This document shows, piece after piece, positions 41,921-51,388 of a stretch of 64,000 bases of DNA. Under the pieces are notes generated by a model. That model ran no database searches. It saw only the letters and a list, made by a program, of their open reading frames with translations, and had not been told where the DNA came from. The translations under genes were made by a program, and so were the position numbers. Each line of letters begins with the position of its first letter. The stretch's first letter is position 1. This stretch comes from Clostridia bacterium. Its GTDB lineage: Bacteria > Bacillota > Clostridia > Christensenellales > CAG-917. Where the stretch lies: positions 159,138 to 223,137 of the forward strand of contig JAFZMH010000004.1 of the NCBI GenBank assembly GCA_017553325.1. The letters run 5' to 3'.

Positions 41921-43810
41921 TCAAATCGCCTTGCCCGCTTCGAGCATAGCCTTTTTGTATTGAAGTTGATACAGACTGAAATATTTGCCTTTTTTGCGCA
42001 GGAGTTGTTGATGAGTGCCCTGCTCCAAAATCTCTCCGCTCTGCAACACGATGATATTGTCCGCGTGCTGAATTGTGGAGAGCCTGTGCGCGACTATGAG
42101 CATCGTACCGATGTTCATCATCTTTTCAAGCGAATCTTGGATGAGCACCTCCGTCTCCGTGTCGATATTCGCAGTCGCTTCGTCGAGTATCATAACGGAC
42201 GGCTTGTGCGCGACGGTTCTTGCGAACGACAAAAGTTGACGCTCGCCCGCGGAGAAATTGTTGCCTCTCTCTCGCACCTCTTCGTCGAGTCCGTGTTCAA
42301 GTTTGCCGATAAACTTGTCGGCGTTGACGTACTTGCACGCTTCCTCGACCTGCTCGTCGGTTATGGACTCTTCTCTCAACACGATATTGCTTCTCACCGT
42401 CCCCGAGAACACGAAGACGTCTTGGAGCATCTGCCCGAAGTGTCTGCGCAGGGACGCGAGTTTTATCTTTTTGACGTCTATTCCGTCAATGAGAATTTGA
42501 CCTTTTTGTATGTCGTAGTTGCGCACGATGAGCGAGAGTATAGTAGACTTTCCGCTACCCGTCGCGCCAACGAACGCGCAGGTCGAACCTGCGTCCACCT
42601 TGAAGGATACGCCCTTCAACACCCATTCGTCGGGAATATAGGCAAACCAAACGTCCTTAAACTCAATATCTCCCTTGATTTCGTCAAGCTCGATTGCGTC
42701 CTCGCTGTCGACGATTTCCGGCGTCATATCGAGAATAGAGAATATCTTTTCGCTGGAAGCGAAAGCCGACTGCATACGATTGAACTGTTCGGCGAGGTTC
42801 TGTATCGGCGTAAAGAAGGACGCTATGTATTGATAGAAGATGACGATTGTGGAATAGGCGACGACCTGCCCCGCAAAACTCACCTGACTTATCGTGTCGT
42901 TCGCGCCGACCCACAACATCGCGATAACCGAGAAGATGTACAGGACGTAGACGCAGGGACGGAAGACGCCGAACACGAATATCTCTTGATTGAGCGCCTT
43001 GCCGAGCGTCTTGTTCTTCTTCAAAAACTGATTGTTCTTGGTCTCCTCTTGGTTGAAGCTCTGCGTGACCTTGATGCCGGAGAGGTTTTCCGACAGATAG
43101 GTGTTGATGTCAGTCATGTTGTTCTTGACGTTTCTGTACGCCTTCCTCGAAAACTTGCGGAAGATGACGGTAAACAGCACGATAAAAGGCACGAAACACA
43201 AAACGATAAGCGTGAGTTTGACGTTGACGGCAAACATCGCGACGAGGAACCCCGCGGTCAAGAATATATTCTTCACGAGGTTGACCAGAATTCCCGTGAA
43301 CATCATGGACACGGAGTTGGTGTCGTTGCAGACTCTCGTGACGAGTTTGCCGACGGGAATTGCGTTGAGTTGCGCGTGCGAGAGGTTTTCAATCTGCACG
43401 AATAGTTGCTGGCGCATGGACGCGATAATCTTTTGTCCCGTCCTCTGCAAAATGACCGCCTGAACGTAGGTGCATACGAGCGAAAGCGCGAGTACGGCAA
43501 AATATATGAGAGCGTCGCGCAGGACGATTTTGTATTCAAACCCTATGACGCCGAGCGTCTCCGCAACGTCGCCCATGATGAGAGGGAGCACGATGTCCGC
43601 GGCAATCGTAAACGCCATAATGAACACGACTAAAAGGAAACTCTTCCAATACGGTCTCGCGTATTTCAAAAGTCTCTTCAAGATGTCGACGTCCTTCATA
43701 TTGCGCTCGAAACCTATCGACTCTTTTTTGTCCTTCATGAGCGCAAACGCAACTATGAACGCGGTGGCAAGCGTGCCGAGCACTGCGCCGATTATGTATA
43801 GCGGATTCAC
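41921..43810 (-). CDS. ABC exporter half-transporter (TMD-NBD), canonical catalytic site
   Basis: 629 aa with six N-terminal TM helices, Walker A GATGSGKST and Walker B MILDEATANID (catalytic Glu present). Its signature motif is atypical: FSAGERQ. Confidence 0.88.
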   Translation of the reverse strand: MNPLYIIGAVLGTLATAFIVAFALMKDKKESIGFERNMKDVDILKRLLKYARPYWKSFLLVVFIMAFTIAADIVLPLIMGDVAETLGVIGFEYKIVLRDALIYFAVLALSLVCTYVQAVILQRTGQKIIASMRQQLFVQIENLSHAQLNAIPVGKLVTRVCNDTNSVSMMFTGILVNLVKNIFLTAGFLVAMFAVNVKLTLIVLCFVPFIVLFTVIFRKFSRKAYRNVKNNMTDINTYLSENLSGIKVTQSFNQEETKNNQFLKKNKTLGKALNQEIFVFGVFRPCVYVLYIFSVIAMLWVGANDTISQVSFAGQVVAYSTIVIFYQYIASFFTPIQNLAEQFNRMQSAFASSEKIFSILDMTPEIVDSEDAIELDEIKGDIEFKDVWFAYIPDEWVLKGVSFKVDAGSTCAFVGATGSGKSTILSLIVRNYDIQKGQILIDGIDVKKIKLASLRRHFGQMLQDVFVFSGTVRSNIVLREESITDEQVEEACKYVNADKFIGKLEHGLDEEVRERGNNFSAGERQLLSFARTVAHKPSVMILDEATANIDTETEVLIQDSLEKMMNIGTMLIVAHRLSTIQHADNIIVLQSGEILEQGTHQQLLRKKGKYFSLYQLQYKKAMLEAGKAI

Positions 43811-45573
43811 AGCACACCTCCTTCGCTCTCTGTTTCGAGCGCTTGCAATTTGACGGTAGTCTGGTATTCAACGCAACGAGACATAAGTTCGTCGTGCGTG
43901 CCGATATCCACGACCTTGCCTTCGTCTATGAGTATGATTTTGTCAAGGTTTTTGACGGTGGAAATGCGGTGCGCGATATATATCGTCGTCTTGCCCGCCC
44001 TGTTCTTTCTGAGCCCGTTCAAAATATTCTCTTCCGTCTTTGTGTCGACGGCGGAGAGAGAGTCGTCCAAAATGAGAATGACCGCGTTCTTCATGAGCGC
44101 GCGTGCGATGGACGTTCTCTGCTTTTGACCGCCCGAAATCGTCACTCCGCGTTCGCCGAGCACGGTATCGTAGCCCTCTTTAAACGCCGAGACGTCTCCG
44201 TCGAGGTCGGCAAGTTCCGCGACGTTCACGACTTCCGCTCTGTCCACTTCGTTTTCGCCATAGGCGAAAGATATGTTGCTTGCAATCGTGTCCGAGAATA
44301 GAAAATTGTCCTGCGGAACGTATGCGATTGCGCCGCGCAGGGACTTTATAGACACGTCGTTGACGTCCTGACCGTCCACGAAGTATTGTCCGTCGTTTAT
44401 ATTGTAGGTCCTGAGCATAAGGTCGACAATCGTGGACTTGCCCGCGCCGGTCTTGCCGATTATGCCGACGTTTTCGCCCGCGTTAATCTTGAAACTGACG
44501 TTTTCAAGCACGTCGCGGTCTCCGTCCGGGTATTTGAAAGTGAGGTTTCTGAACTCGATTTCGCCCTTGACGTTTTCGATGTCGCTCACGCCCTCTCTGT
44601 CTTTGACGTCGATAGGCGCGTCCAAAAACTCGTTTATGCGCTTGAGCGACGCCTGTCCGCGCGAGGTCATTTCGATAAGCATGGCAATAGCCATGACTGG
44701 CCAAGTTATCGTGCTGAAATAGGATATGAACACGACGAGGTCGGCAACCGAGAAAATACCTTCATAGGCGAGCCAACCGCCGTAGCCGATAATTATCGTT
44801 ATGACGGAGCCGACGAACAACTCCACCATAACGTCGATGAGCACGGACGCCTTCGTAAAGGAGACGTTGACGTCCTCGTTGTGTTTGTTGATGCGCTTGA
44901 ACGCCGAGAGTTCTTTGAGTTCTTTGACGAACGCCTTTATTACCGCAATGCCGGAAAAACTCTCTTGCGTGAAGTCGGACATCTCGGAATACGCTTCCTG
45001 TCTTTCCTCCCACTTTTTTTCCATATACTTGCACATAATGACTCCGATTGCGGCAAGAAACGCCATCGGAATAAGCGCGAATAGCGTAAGTTTCCAGTTG
45101 AGAAGCGCCATCTTGACGATTGCCATTACGCCTAGAGTGAGCGCGTCGAAAAGCATGAGCGTACCGTCGCCGAAGCATTCGTTTATCGTCTCCAAGTCGT
45201 TGGTGAAAAGGCTCATGATATTGCCGACTTTGTTCTGCTTGTAATACTGTTGCGAAAGGTCCTTTGCGTGGTTGAACATCTCGGCCCTAAACCCCGTTTC
45301 GGTGTTGTTTGCCGAGCAGAAGAAACAGATACGCCACAAAAACCTGCCCACTGCGAGCACGGCTACTATCCAAAATACGTTGTAGCACAAATCGAGAATC
45401 AATTCTGTCGTAATGGTCGCTTCCGTCGTCGGGTCGAGACCGTCGATAATCGCACCGTAAATCTCAGGAATACGCAATTGGAAAAAATCCACGGCGACGA
45501 GCGACGCGATACCCAAAATCAGCAACCACGAATAGCGCAGATAATATTTTGCGATACGTTTTCCGAATAGCAT
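43807..45573 (-). CDS. ABC exporter half-transporter (TMD-NBD), degenerate catalytic site
   Basis: 588 aa with Walker A GKTGAGKST and canonical signature ISGGQKQR. Walker B is LILDDSLSAVD, so Asp replaces the catalytic Glu. There is a 4-nt overlap with the partner gene. Confidence 0.88.
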   Translation of the reverse strand: MLFGKRIAKYYLRYSWLLILGIASLVAVDFFQLRIPEIYGAIIDGLDPTTEATITTELILDLCYNVFWIVAVLAVGRFLWRICFFCSANNTETGFRAEMFNHAKDLSQQYYKQNKVGNIMSLFTNDLETINECFGDGTLMLFDALTLGVMAIVKMALLNWKLTLFALIPMAFLAAIGVIMCKYMEKKWEERQEAYSEMSDFTQESFSGIAVIKAFVKELKELSAFKRINKHNEDVNVSFTKASVLIDVMVELFVGSVITIIIGYGGWLAYEGIFSVADLVVFISYFSTITWPVMAIAMLIEMTSRGQASLKRINEFLDAPIDVKDREGVSDIENVKGEIEFRNLTFKYPDGDRDVLENVSFKINAGENVGIIGKTGAGKSTIVDLMLRTYNINDGQYFVDGQDVNDVSIKSLRGAIAYVPQDNFLFSDTIASNISFAYGENEVDRAEVVNVAELADLDGDVSAFKEGYDTVLGERGVTISGGQKQRTSIARALMKNAVILILDDSLSAVDTKTEENILNGLRKNRAGKTTIYIAHRISTVKNLDKIILIDEGKVVDIGTHDELMSRCVEYQTTVKLQALETESEGGVL

Positions 45574-45605
45574 AGTTTTCTTCCTTAAAAGACGTGCAAC
45601 GACAG

Positions 45606-45633
45606 TTTATACGCAACGGCGGTCAAAAGTCAA
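45606..45633 (-). promoter_or_regulatory. Candidate promoter of the ABC exporter/malic enzyme/fumarase operon
   Basis: The minus strand reads TTGACT-16 nt-TATAAA, about 30 nt upstream of ATG 45573. Confidence 0.4.
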
Positions 45634-45638
45634 TCAAT

Positions 45639-45658
45639 TTATTGCAAATATGCAATAA
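45639..45658. repeat. Inverted repeat (8-bp arms, 4-nt spacer) in the divergent intergenic region; possible operator
   Basis: TTATTGCA-AATA-TGCAATAA. It lies 5 nt upstream of the -35 above and 20 nt upstream of the plus-strand ORF start. Confidence 0.45.
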
Positions 45659-45678
45659 CTGACGCCAAAACCGGCATT

Positions 45679-46746
45679 TTGGAGGCGAAATCGCAAAAAA
45701 ACGACGAAAAACATAAACGAAGTTTTGCAGTCATAACCTATAAGGTGAAAAAGTCTTTCAAGACGGCGTTTTTGTATATAGGAACGGCGATAGGCGCGGG
45801 GTTTTCGTCCGGACGGGAGATTGCGCTCTTTTTCGGAGACGCGTCGCCTATCAACGTCGCGTTGTCATCAATCGTTATGTCGGCGTTCGCGTGTCTGTTC
45901 CTCACCGCCGGCAAACTGAGGCTTATACCCAAAGGGAAAATCGTCAAACTCGGCATACTCTTTTCGGCAAGCATCTCTCTCGTCGCCATGCTTGCGGGAG
46001 GCGAATACATCATGCGAACGATGACTACGGTTCCCCTGCTCGCTCTCGTCATGGCTCTGCTCGGCGCGGTAGTCGTGTCGCAGGGCATAGAAAAAATAAG
46101 AATAGTAAACTTGCTGCTCGTCCCTCTCATCGTCATCGCAATAGCGGTCATATTCTTTCAAATTCCCAAGGACGGCGGCTCGCAAAACTTCTCGATTTTG
46201 AAGCCGATAATGTACGGCGGACTCGATATTTTGCTGGGCGGAGTTATCGTCGGCAATGAGGGCGAAGAGATGAGTTTCAAGGAGATTTTGCTGTCGTCCG
46301 CGCTCATCGCCGTGTTTCTGTTTGCAATGCTGTTTATGTTGCAAACGATAGTTTTAGCGGACGAAAACGACAGTTTAATGCCTGTTTTTGCAATTTCCGA
46401 GCGTCTTCACCTTCAAGCGATATGCGGGATACTCATCGCCGCCGCCATCTTTACAACGCTAGTCTCGTCCCTCAAAATCGCGTCCGACGTGGCGGTGGAA
46501 TTCTTGTCGAAAACAAGACGCCTTTCGGCACTCGCTTATCCCCAAAACAAGTCTGTCGTCGTCACGTTTTGTCTCGTCGTTTTCTACCCTTTGAGCTTCT
46601 TCGGTTTCGGCAAAATCGTGGGCACGATGTACCCGATAAACAGTGTGCTCGGCGTACTTCTCTCCCTCGCCGTACTTGCGAGGCTCATAGTTTTTGCCGT
46701 CAAAAAACTCAAAAATAAAAACGCCCTCTCAAAAAAGAAGGCGTGA
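45679..46746 (+). CDS. YkvI-like polytopic membrane protein (putative transporter)
   Basis: 355 aa with about 10-11 TM segments. FLYIGTAIGAGFSSGREIALFFG resembles the conserved N-terminal motif of the YkvI family. The start codon is uncertain: TTG at 45679 as in the ORF track, or GTG at 45745. Confidence 0.55.
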   Translation: MEAKSQKNDEKHKRSFAVITYKVKKSFKTAFLYIGTAIGAGFSSGREIALFFGDASPINVALSSIVMSAFACLFLTAGKLRLIPKGKIVKLGILFSASISLVAMLAGGEYIMRTMTTVPLLALVMALLGAVVVSQGIEKIRIVNLLLVPLIVIAIAVIFFQIPKDGGSQNFSILKPIMYGGLDILLGGVIVGNEGEEMSFKEILLSSALIAVFLFAMLFMLQTIVLADENDSLMPVFAISERLHLQAICGILIAAAIFTTLVSSLKIASDVAVEFLSKTRRLSALAYPQNKSVVVTFCLVVFYPLSFFGFGKIVGTMYPINSVLGVLLSLAVLARLIVFAVKKLKNKNALSKKKA

Positions 46747-46764
46747 TTCTTTGGCGTAAATAAG

Positions 46765-47304
46765 TCAATCTTCTTCGTCCTTGTTCTTCTTGGGCGGGTT
46801 GAAATAGTCCTCGAACGGCGAGCGGCGAGAGTCCTCTTCCACCTCGTCGAGCCCTTTCAAAAAGCGATAGAGAGGGTCGTCCTCAAAGTCTTCTTTGAGG
46901 TCGAAATCTCCGCCGAGTTCCTCGACGGCGTTTCTTATTTCCATATACTCGTTGTAGTTGGGTTCATACTCTTCGCAGAAGGTTTTGAGCACCTCTATTC
47001 CCTGTTCGTCGCCGTACGAGCCGATGAGTTTGGCAAACAACGCGACGTCCTCGCCCTTATAAAGATAACTGACGAGCCCCATAAAAATCGCCTTGTTCCC
47101 CTTGTATTCGGAGAGAATTTCCATGAGCATCTTGCCGGTCTCGCCCTCGTAGGCGTACATCTTTTCTATCATTTCGTTGAGGATTTCTTCGCAGTCCTCT
47201 TGAAGATACTCGTAGGAATCGAGGCGCACGCCGTACGGCAACTCCTCGTTCAAAAGTATATCGAGGTTTTCGAGCATTTCTTCCTTACTTTTCTTTTCGT
47301 CCAT
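46765..47304 (-). CDS. Hypothetical acidic cytoplasmic protein
   Basis: 179 aa from MDEKKSKEEMLENLD. It is very Glu/Asp/Tyr-rich and has a basic/acidic tail (PPKKNKDEED). The start overlaps the last 20 nt of the TPR gene. I recognise no motif. Confidence 0.6.
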   Translation of the reverse strand: MDEKKSKEEMLENLDILLNEELPYGVRLDSYEYLQEDCEEILNEMIEKMYAYEGETGKMLMEILSEYKGNKAIFMGLVSYLYKGEDVALFAKLIGSYGDEQGIEVLKTFCEEYEPNYNEYMEIRNAVEELGGDFDLKEDFEDDPLYRFLKGLDEVEEDSRRSPFEDYFNPPKKNKDEED

Positions 47305-49012
47305 CGTCGTCTCCAAACAGAATTTTCCAGTATTTGTCAAAGGTCTTTTCCTTTATGTCGTACCCGTCGATAGTTTCGGGTCGCGGGTCTTCTTCCTCGT
47401 CCTCGTACACCTTGCAAATAAGCACGCCGACGAGGGTTTTCGCGCTCTTCAAGCGCCCGATTTTCGGCTTTTGATAAACTATCTTCCCGCTCTCGTCGAA
47501 ATATACGAGCGCGTTCACGAGGTCGACGTAGCGTTTGAGATACTCGTTCGGCTCCACGTCGTTGTAGATTATGTCGAATAATCCCTGCTCGATCACTTCC
47601 GTCAAAAACGGCGACGCCTTGAAATACACTTCGGGGAGTTCAAAACTTATCTCCTTGAAAATTCCCCTCGCCACCACGTCGAAATGCACGAGTTTGCGTT
47701 TGAACATAGTGCCTACTATGTCCGCCATAAGTTCAAAGGACAGTTCCGGCGAAACGAGTTGCTCGCGCAGCAGTTTTTCGCCCCAGCTAGAACCTATAAT
47801 GTCGAGCGTGTCGACGATTAGGCTCTCAATCTGCGCGTTGCCGTCGATAAACGCCCAGCGGAGCAAAGATTTGAGTTCCTTTTTGTATTTAAACAGCGCG
47901 TCGTCGGGGTCCTCGGGGCTGTCGAGCAACGCCTCTGCAACCGCAGGTTGCAAAATGAGAAAATCGTGCAGCTTCTTGTAGCGGTCAAGCCTCTCCTGCT
48001 GAGGGTAGTTCATGGAATACTCGACCTGCGCGGGCTCCTTTGCGTAGAGAGCAAGAAAATACTCGGCGGGAGAATATTCGCCGTAGATGGTGAGAACTTT
48101 TCTCATCACCTTTTTAGCCTCCTCCCTCGCGCCCAAATTGTACAGCGCCTGCGACAGCCAAATCATCGTATTGGGTTGCGAATTTATATTTTCGAGCACG
48201 CGCTTCGTATATTTGACAACCTCGACGTGCATATTGAGGTTTACGAGAATCGGGAGAATGAGCAATATCTCTTCCATCTTCGTAAAATCTTTTTTGACGA
48301 GTTCGTCAACGACCTCGTACGCTTCTTTCTCCTTGCCTTCCATAAGATACGCGGTTGAGAGCGTACATCTCACGGCAAGGCTGTCGGGGTTTTCTCTTAA
48401 CATCTTCTTGGCGTTGTCGATGACGCCGTCGATGTCCTCTTTCATCATAAGGCAGACGAGCACGACGTGGTTTGCGGCGTCCTTGGACTTCGAGCGCGGA
48501 TCGACCTCGTCAAGGAGTGCTATCGCTTCGTCGAGTTTGCGCTCTCTCACGAGCCCGTACGCCTTTTCGATGAGCATCTCGTAATAGTCCTCGCCACGCG
48601 GATAAACAACGCGAAAACCGCCCCTCTTGTTCTGTGCGGCGGTTTCCATTTCTTCGAGTTCTTGGAAGTCGATTCCGAGCATATCGGCATAATCTTGCAG
48701 ATAGAACTCCGCCACTTCCGCCTGATTCATATCGAGGAAGTTCATCGCGAGCATCTGGAAGATTATATCTTTGTCGGCTTGTTTCGGGCGCAGAGCGAGC
48801 GCTTTGAAGAGCACCGCGTTTGACAGTTCCTGCGCGCCGAGAATGGCGTATTCTCTTGCAAGGGCGATATAAGCCTCTTGGTTTTTGTCATCAATTTCAA
48901 GGGCTTTTCTTATATACGAGACGCTCTTTTCCACGTCCCCTTCGAGTGACGCCTTGTCCGCAAGGTCAAGATACCCGCTGGACGATAGCTTGAAGTCGAT
49001 GAGTTTTGCCAT
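47285..49012 (-). CDS. TPR-repeat-containing hypothetical protein
   Basis: 575 aa. The N-terminal half shows TPR-like 34-aa helix pairs (e.g. GDVEKSVSYIRKALEIDDKNQEAYIALAREYAILG). The C-terminal ~250 aa are unassigned. The ATG overlaps the upstream stop (TAATG). Confidence 0.7.
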   Translation of the reverse strand: MAKLIDFKLSSSGYLDLADKASLEGDVEKSVSYIRKALEIDDKNQEAYIALAREYAILGAQELSNAVLFKALALRPKQADKDIIFQMLAMNFLDMNQAEVAEFYLQDYADMLGIDFQELEEMETAAQNKRGGFRVVYPRGEDYYEMLIEKAYGLVRERKLDEAIALLDEVDPRSKSKDAANHVVLVCLMMKEDIDGVIDNAKKMLRENPDSLAVRCTLSTAYLMEGKEKEAYEVVDELVKKDFTKMEEILLILPILVNLNMHVEVVKYTKRVLENINSQPNTMIWLSQALYNLGAREEAKKVMRKVLTIYGEYSPAEYFLALYAKEPAQVEYSMNYPQQERLDRYKKLHDFLILQPAVAEALLDSPEDPDDALFKYKKELKSLLRWAFIDGNAQIESLIVDTLDIIGSSWGEKLLREQLVSPELSFELMADIVGTMFKRKLVHFDVVARGIFKEISFELPEVYFKASPFLTEVIEQGLFDIIYNDVEPNEYLKRYVDLVNALVYFDESGKIVYQKPKIGRLKSAKTLVGVLICKVYEDEEEDPRPETIDGYDIKEKTFDKYWKILFGDDDGRKEK

Positions 49013-50178
49013 TATTTCTTTTTCTTCTTTTTCGGGTTTTGATAGTGATTTTGTTGAGGTTTCTTCTTGGGTTGATTTTGACCGCCCTGTCTTACGACGT
49101 AGTCGTCTTGACTGTTTGCGCTATTCTTGGAATTCGCATAAGGGTTAACCTTTGCCGCGCGTTTTGCGTTTTGAAGTTCCATCTTCTTCATATTTTCATA
49201 GAGGACGTGGCACTTCGTCATACCGCGAGAAGCGGTTGCTATCCAGAACAGTGCGACGAAGAAAGTCCCGATGAGCGCCATTATCGCGTAGACGATAATC
49301 GCGACTATCGTCCCGATAAGGCACAAAAGCAGAGGCGCAACCGAGAACAAGCAAACAATTCCCACCATAATCGGAGCGTTTGCGATGATGACTAGCGCGT
49401 TCTTGAACGCCTGTACGAACGTAAGTTCGTAGGAAGCGAAGAGACCGCACATAACGACGGGTATAGTGAGAAGCGGAACGCCGAACAGGAAGGAGAATAC
49501 GACGGCGCAATACGCCCCCGCTCCCGCCGTGCCGAGCGTCTGTTCTCTCAAAAGATAGAGCACGGAGATTGCCATTGCAAGCCCGATAAGCGTCGCGAAC
49601 GTCATCGTGACGAAATATTTCCACCAATGCTTTGCGAAGCCCATCCAGTAGGTTCTTGTCACTCTCTTGTAATAGTCTTGATAATAACTGCGTTTTGCGC
49701 AATAGAAGAGTCCGCCGAGACCGAGCGAGCCGAGAATAAACGTCCCCGCAATCATACAATAGACGGGTGCCTTGACTTCCCAGTACAGTCTTGCCACGCT
49801 GACGGCGATACTGTCTCCGCCTCCCGGGAAACCGACGCCGATGTCGCCCATAAAGTTGTAGGTCCCCCCGAGAATCATAGTCTCGAAATAATTGGAGAAC
49901 CACGCGACTATCACGACGAAAGGAAGCGTGAAGATGAGAAAATAGAGCGACGCTTTAAACAGCGTTGCAAATTCGCCACGAAAAACCGCCCACGCCCTCG
50001 AGAAAAAGTTTTCGGGATAGTCCTTCTTTGGGGTTGCTTCGACGAGCCCCGCCACCACGACTTTTTTCGGCTCTTCGGGTTCTACGCGAACGGGAGCGTC
50101 CGTATAGAGCGCTTGAAGGCGAAGCCCTTTAACGCGCGCAGGACGGTTCTTTTGTTGTTGAACGATATTGTTTGCCAT
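49012..50178 (-). CDS. Hypothetical polytopic membrane protein with a Lys-rich C-terminal tail
   Basis: 388 aa. A ~60-aa hydrophilic N-terminus is followed by about 6-7 TM helices. The C-terminal tail ends ...QNQPKKKPQQNHYQNPKKKKKK. SD AAGGAAAG is present. It loosely resembles YesL/DUF624-type proteins, but I cannot confirm that. Confidence 0.65.
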   Translation of the reverse strand: MANNIVQQQKNRPARVKGLRLQALYTDAPVRVEPEEPKKVVVAGLVEATPKKDYPENFFSRAWAVFRGEFATLFKASLYFLIFTLPFVVIVAWFSNYFETMILGGTYNFMGDIGVGFPGGGDSIAVSVARLYWEVKAPVYCMIAGTFILGSLGLGGLFYCAKRSYYQDYYKRVTRTYWMGFAKHWWKYFVTMTFATLIGLAMAISVLYLLREQTLGTAGAGAYCAVVFSFLFGVPLLTIPVVMCGLFASYELTFVQAFKNALVIIANAPIMVGIVCLFSVAPLLLCLIGTIVAIIVYAIMALIGTFFVALFWIATASRGMTKCHVLYENMKKMELQNAKRAAKVNPYANSKNSANSQDDYVVRQGGQNQPKKKPQQNHYQNPKKKKKK

Positions 50179-50371
50179 ATATCTTTCCTTAAATTATAAT
50201 TTATAACATTATACATTATATCGCCCGAAATATCAAACGAAAGTTATTATATTTTCAAATCGAAAAAAGAAAAAGATTATTCCCAACCGCGCGAGCAAGA
50301 TGAATATAATACATTAGCGAGTGCGAAAAACATAAGTCATTCTTTGCCCTACATAAATTTTTGGAGGAAAT

Positions 50372-51388
50372 ATGAAAAGGATAAACATTGCGATTGTAGG
50401 CGCAACCGGTATGGTGGGCAATAAATTTTTGGAAGTTATAGAGGAGCGCAATCTTCCCGTAAACGACTGCTATCTCTTCGCTTCGGGAAAGAGCGCGGGC
50501 AAAGTCGTGCGCTTTTTCGGCAGGGACGAAAAGGTCGTCGAACTCACGCACGCAAACGTACTCGCACTAAATGGCAAAATTGATTTCGCGCTGTTTTCGG
50601 CAGGCGGCGCGGTGTCCAAAGAGTACGCGCCCCTCTTCGTCGAAATAGGCGCAACCGTCGTGGACAACTCCTCGTATTGGAGAATGCACGACGACGTCCC
50701 TCTCGTCGTCCCCGAAGTGAACCCCGAGGACGCGTTTTTGAACCGCGGAATCATCGCAAACCCGAACTGCTCGACGATTCAAGCCGTAGTAGCGCTCAAA
50801 CCGCTCTATGACAAATACGGCATCAAGCGCATAGTATATTCGACGTATCAGGCGGTGTCCGGCGCGGGCGTATACGGCGTCGAAGACTTGAAAACGCAGA
50901 CGACGGAGCCGAAAAAGTTTGCTCATCAAATCGCCTTCAACGCGCTTCCGCACATAGACGCGTTCGAGGCGGACGGCTATACGAAGGAGGAACACAAGAT
51001 GATTGACGAGACGAGAAAAATTCTGCACGACCAAAACGTCGCAATCACCGCGACGACGGTCAGAATTCCCGTCTACTACGGACACAGCGAGTCAATCAAC
51101 GTGGAATTTGAAAAGCCCTGCACCCTGGACGGAATAAGGGACGCGCTCGAAAGCTTTGACGGCATAGTCTTGCAGGACGACGTCGCGCACGCAATCTATC
51201 CGCTCCCAATCTACGCCGAAGGCAGAGACGAGGTTTTCGTGGGCAGAGTGCGCGTGGACTCGAGCGTAAAGAGCGGCGCGAATTTGTGGGTGGTCGCGGA
51301 CAATATAAGAAAAGGCGCGGCAACAAACGCCGTGCAAATCGTCGAACTCTTGCTGTACGAGCGCCCGACGACGGAAGGTGAAATATGA
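50372..51388 (+). CDS. asd: Aspartate-semialdehyde dehydrogenase
   Basis: 338 aa with IAIVGATGMVG, the active-site block IANPNCSTIQ and STYQAVSGAG. SD GGAGGAAAT is present. Confidence 0.92.
   Translation: MKRINIAIVGATGMVGNKFLEVIEERNLPVNDCYLFASGKSAGKVVRFFGRDEKVVELTHANVLALNGKIDFALFSAGGAVSKEYAPLFVEIGATVVDNSSYWRMHDDVPLVVPEVNPEDAFLNRGIIANPNCSTIQAVVALKPLYDKYGIKRIVYSTYQAVSGAGVYGVEDLKTQTTEPKKFAHQIAFNALPHIDAFEADGYTKEEHKMIDETRKILHDQNVAITATTVRIPVYYGHSESINVEFEKPCTLDGIRDALESFDGIVLQDDVAHAIYPLPIYAEGRDEVFVGRVRVDSSVKSGANLWVVADNIRKGAATNAVQIVELLLYERPTTEGEI

Noticed and set aside
41411-43405. 664-aa plus-strand ORF opposite the malic enzyme and ABC exporter genes. A similar 448-aa ORF lies at 38099-39445 opposite DAHP synthase.
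   Set aside because: These are antisense shadow ORFs. They lie exactly opposite genes with unmistakable conserved motifs. Their translations are Arg/Val/His/Asp-rich low-complexity sequence without motifs, and they have no SD or promoter. Long antisense frames are expected from the strong codon periodicity of this genome.
50179-50371. Expected a lysine (L-box) riboswitch or T-box upstream of asd-dapA.
   Set aside because: The ~190-nt gap is AT-rich. I could not find the conserved L-box core helices or a T-box sequence, and no terminator or antiterminator pair is visible.
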